DNA of 20,000 bases from contig ML992501.1 in assembly GCA_010093995.1 (NCBI GenBank), positions 1,901,459-1,921,458 of the forward strand, in the 5' to 3' direction. This document shows positions 17,791 to 20,000 of the stretch, one piece after another. Within the stretch, counting starts at the first letter, position 1. Every line of letters starts with the position of its first letter. The DNA comes from Elsinoe ampelina (Eukaryota). The position numbers and the translations under genes are program-made. The notes under the pieces were generated by a model. The model had not been told where the DNA came from. It was given only the letters and a program-made list of their open reading frames with translations, and did not search any database.

Positions 17791-19559
17791 AGTATAGATT
17801 ACTAAAGCTAGAGAACTATCCTATTACATGTAAGTAAAGTAATTAGCTTATTACTTTATCTCTTTATAATTACTTATAATTGTTAGTGTTAGCTAATTAT
17901 TAGTAAGAATTCACTATTAGTTTAGCTTATAATTGCTAGTAATAATAGTAACTATTAACAATAGCTAGGTAGCTATTATTTATATAAATAGACTAGCTTA
18001 TAAGTCTTAATTAAAGAGATATAAGTATCTAACTAGCCTCTTTATAATTTCTCTTTCCTTTATTATACTTATAGTAGTAGCCTTTTCTTTTATATAACAC
18101 TTTTACCTTCTTACTATACTATATTAATAACACTTATAATATAAGCGCTATAGTGTAGTAATAGCTAGATATTAGTAGTATTACTACTAGTGCTAGTACT
18201 CTAAGTAGTCTACTAGGTGGCAGAGGTAGTAGTAAGAAGAGAAATTCTCTATTAAGGTTACCTAGTACTTCTAATGTTAATTATAATACTACTATAAGAC
18301 TAATTACTTATCTTAATACTCTTAGTAAGTAGCTATAAAGTATTAATAGCATAAGCTAACATTAATAGCCTAATTAACTTAGACTTTAACTTAATAGTTA
18401 GCCGACATAATCTAGAATACTCTTCTTAGGCTTAGAATAATTAGTTATTATAACTATACTAATTTATATTCTATCTAGAGGTCTATAGTAGTCTAGGCCT
18501 TTAGTACCTATAGTATATACCTAGTAGTTACTAATTCTATTCTAGTTAAGGATCTAACTAAGTAAGTTAACCTTACTAGATCTACTAACTACTCTACTAC
18601 TTTAATAGCTTCTAGTACTACTAGTAGAGTAGTCTACTATAGCACTAATTACTACACTAAGTGTTAGAGATCTAACTCTAGCAATAATTAGAGTAAGGGT
18701 AGGGGTAGTAAGTTTAGTAAGTACATTACTTTACCTAGTTAGCTTAATAAGGCCTACACTTACTATACTTATAGTAACTAATATACTAGATGTTCCTTAG
18801 CTAACTATACTTTAACTCTAAGGCCTATTAGCTCTCCTAAACCTATAAGGACCCTAAGTAGCTTAAGGGTTATTACCTAGCCTATTCTATATAGCTTAAT
18901 ACACCTACTAATAGAGCTCTTAAGGTCTATCTCTTTTAGTAGTACTTTGCCTTAGAGGTTCTTACTAAGGGCTTATATACTAGAGGCATTATTAGGTATA
19001 GTTAATACCTTAATAACTTATACTAACTCTTGCTACTTTATAGTAGTCCCTATAAACTTTGTAGATTCTACTAACCTAACTACTACTAAGGTTTATAACT
19101 TAGCTACTATAGTAATAAACTATATAGTAGAGCTTATAAGAATTGTAGCTACTAGCTACTCTAGTTAGCTTTCTCCTATTTATGCCTTTATACTAGGCCT
19201 AGTACTAATAAGGTATAGTAGGTCTAGATCTAACACTTCTATAAGGTCTACTAGTAGTAATAAGAAAAGGGGTTCTTCTTCTATAAAGAAGTAATTAGAG
19301 GTAGAGGATAGGTAGAAGTTATTAAAGGTAATAATAGTACTAAGTAGTAGATATAGCTTAGGTATAAGTAGCTAGTAATAGAGTTATAATAGCTTTTCCT
19401 TTCTCTCTTCTTAATAATAAAACAATTTACTTTAAGCTTTAGACAAATAAGATAGCTTAATAAGTAGTAGTAGTATAAATAATATACTTAAAATAACAAT
19501 ATATATAAAATTTAAATAAGTATATAGTGTAGATATATACTAAGTAATTAGCCTTTACT

Positions 19560-19999
19560 AATTAATTAAGGATCTTATTAGGAGACTTAGGCTTTATAAG
19601 TGTATTAGCTAATTACTAAGTTATATTAATATACTTAAGCTTAATTACTTTAAGTTTATACTACTCTCTATAGTAATAATTCCTTAAATTAATATACTTA
19701 GATCTCCTTAAATTAGTATAATCTCTTATAAGTTTAATAGCTAACTTATTATTAATAAAGACTATAGTTAGGCTAAGGTAAATATTAGTAAGTAGCCTAA
19801 GTTTAATAATGAGATTTCTTAACTAATTAATCTCTCTATAGGTCTTAGTAAAGGCAAGGTATTTAGCCTTAGTGCTTAATAACATAATAATCTTCTATAG
19901 CCTTAACTTCTAAATAACTAGTACACTAAGTATATAAATAATAGTACTAGATATAGATCTTATAGTTAATCTATCTCTAGTAAAGTCTAAGTTAGAGTA
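19560..19999 (-). pseudogene. Copia-type RNase H (pol C-terminus) relic
   Basis: One frame reads YSNLDFTRDRLTIRSISS...VI*KLRL*KIIMLLSTKAKY...VFINNKLAI...RRSKYINLRNYYYRE...**LANTLIKP. Reversing C>T/G>A changes gives YSDSDFAGD..RSTSG, W.S..Q..V.LSSTEAEY, DNKSAI, RSKHIDLR and QLAD.LTKP, which are the ordered copia RNase H motifs. Confidence 0.9.
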
Positions 20000-20000
20000 G

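Larger units (their letters stand above)
17740..20000 (-). mobile_element. RIP-degenerated Ty1/copia LTR retrotransposon (3' part; continues beyond the window)
   Basis: There is an abrupt switch to AT-rich sequence saturated with TpA and almost devoid of CpA/TpG, the RIP signature. Copia RNase H motifs lie at 19560-19999 and a PPT followed by TGTT at 17790-17777, all on the minus strand. Confidence 0.88.

Overview
Fungal (filamentous ascomycete) genomic DNA with three parts. (1) Positions 1-15752 hold one uninterrupted minus-strand ORF of at least 5250 codons. It is missing from the ORF track because it has no stop inside the window. It encodes a giant low-complexity acidic/Lys-rich protein most consistent with the Woronin-body tether Leashin (Lah; often annotated 'involucrin repeat protein'). 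(2) Positions 16489-17447 (minus) hold a two-exon RNA15/CstF-64 gene. (3) Positions ~17740-20000 are a RIP-mutated, AT-rich Ty1/copia relic with a recognisable RNase H, a polypurine tract and an unusually long 3' region. The main observation lies inside the leashin-like ORF at codons 2161-2163: an in-frame U_UUU_UUA slippery heptamer, a 5-nt spacer and a 16-bp stem-loop. This is the canonical layout of a -1 programmed ribosomal frameshift signal. A -1 shift would stop 6 codons later and give a ~2169-aa N-terminal isoform in addition to the full-length tether.
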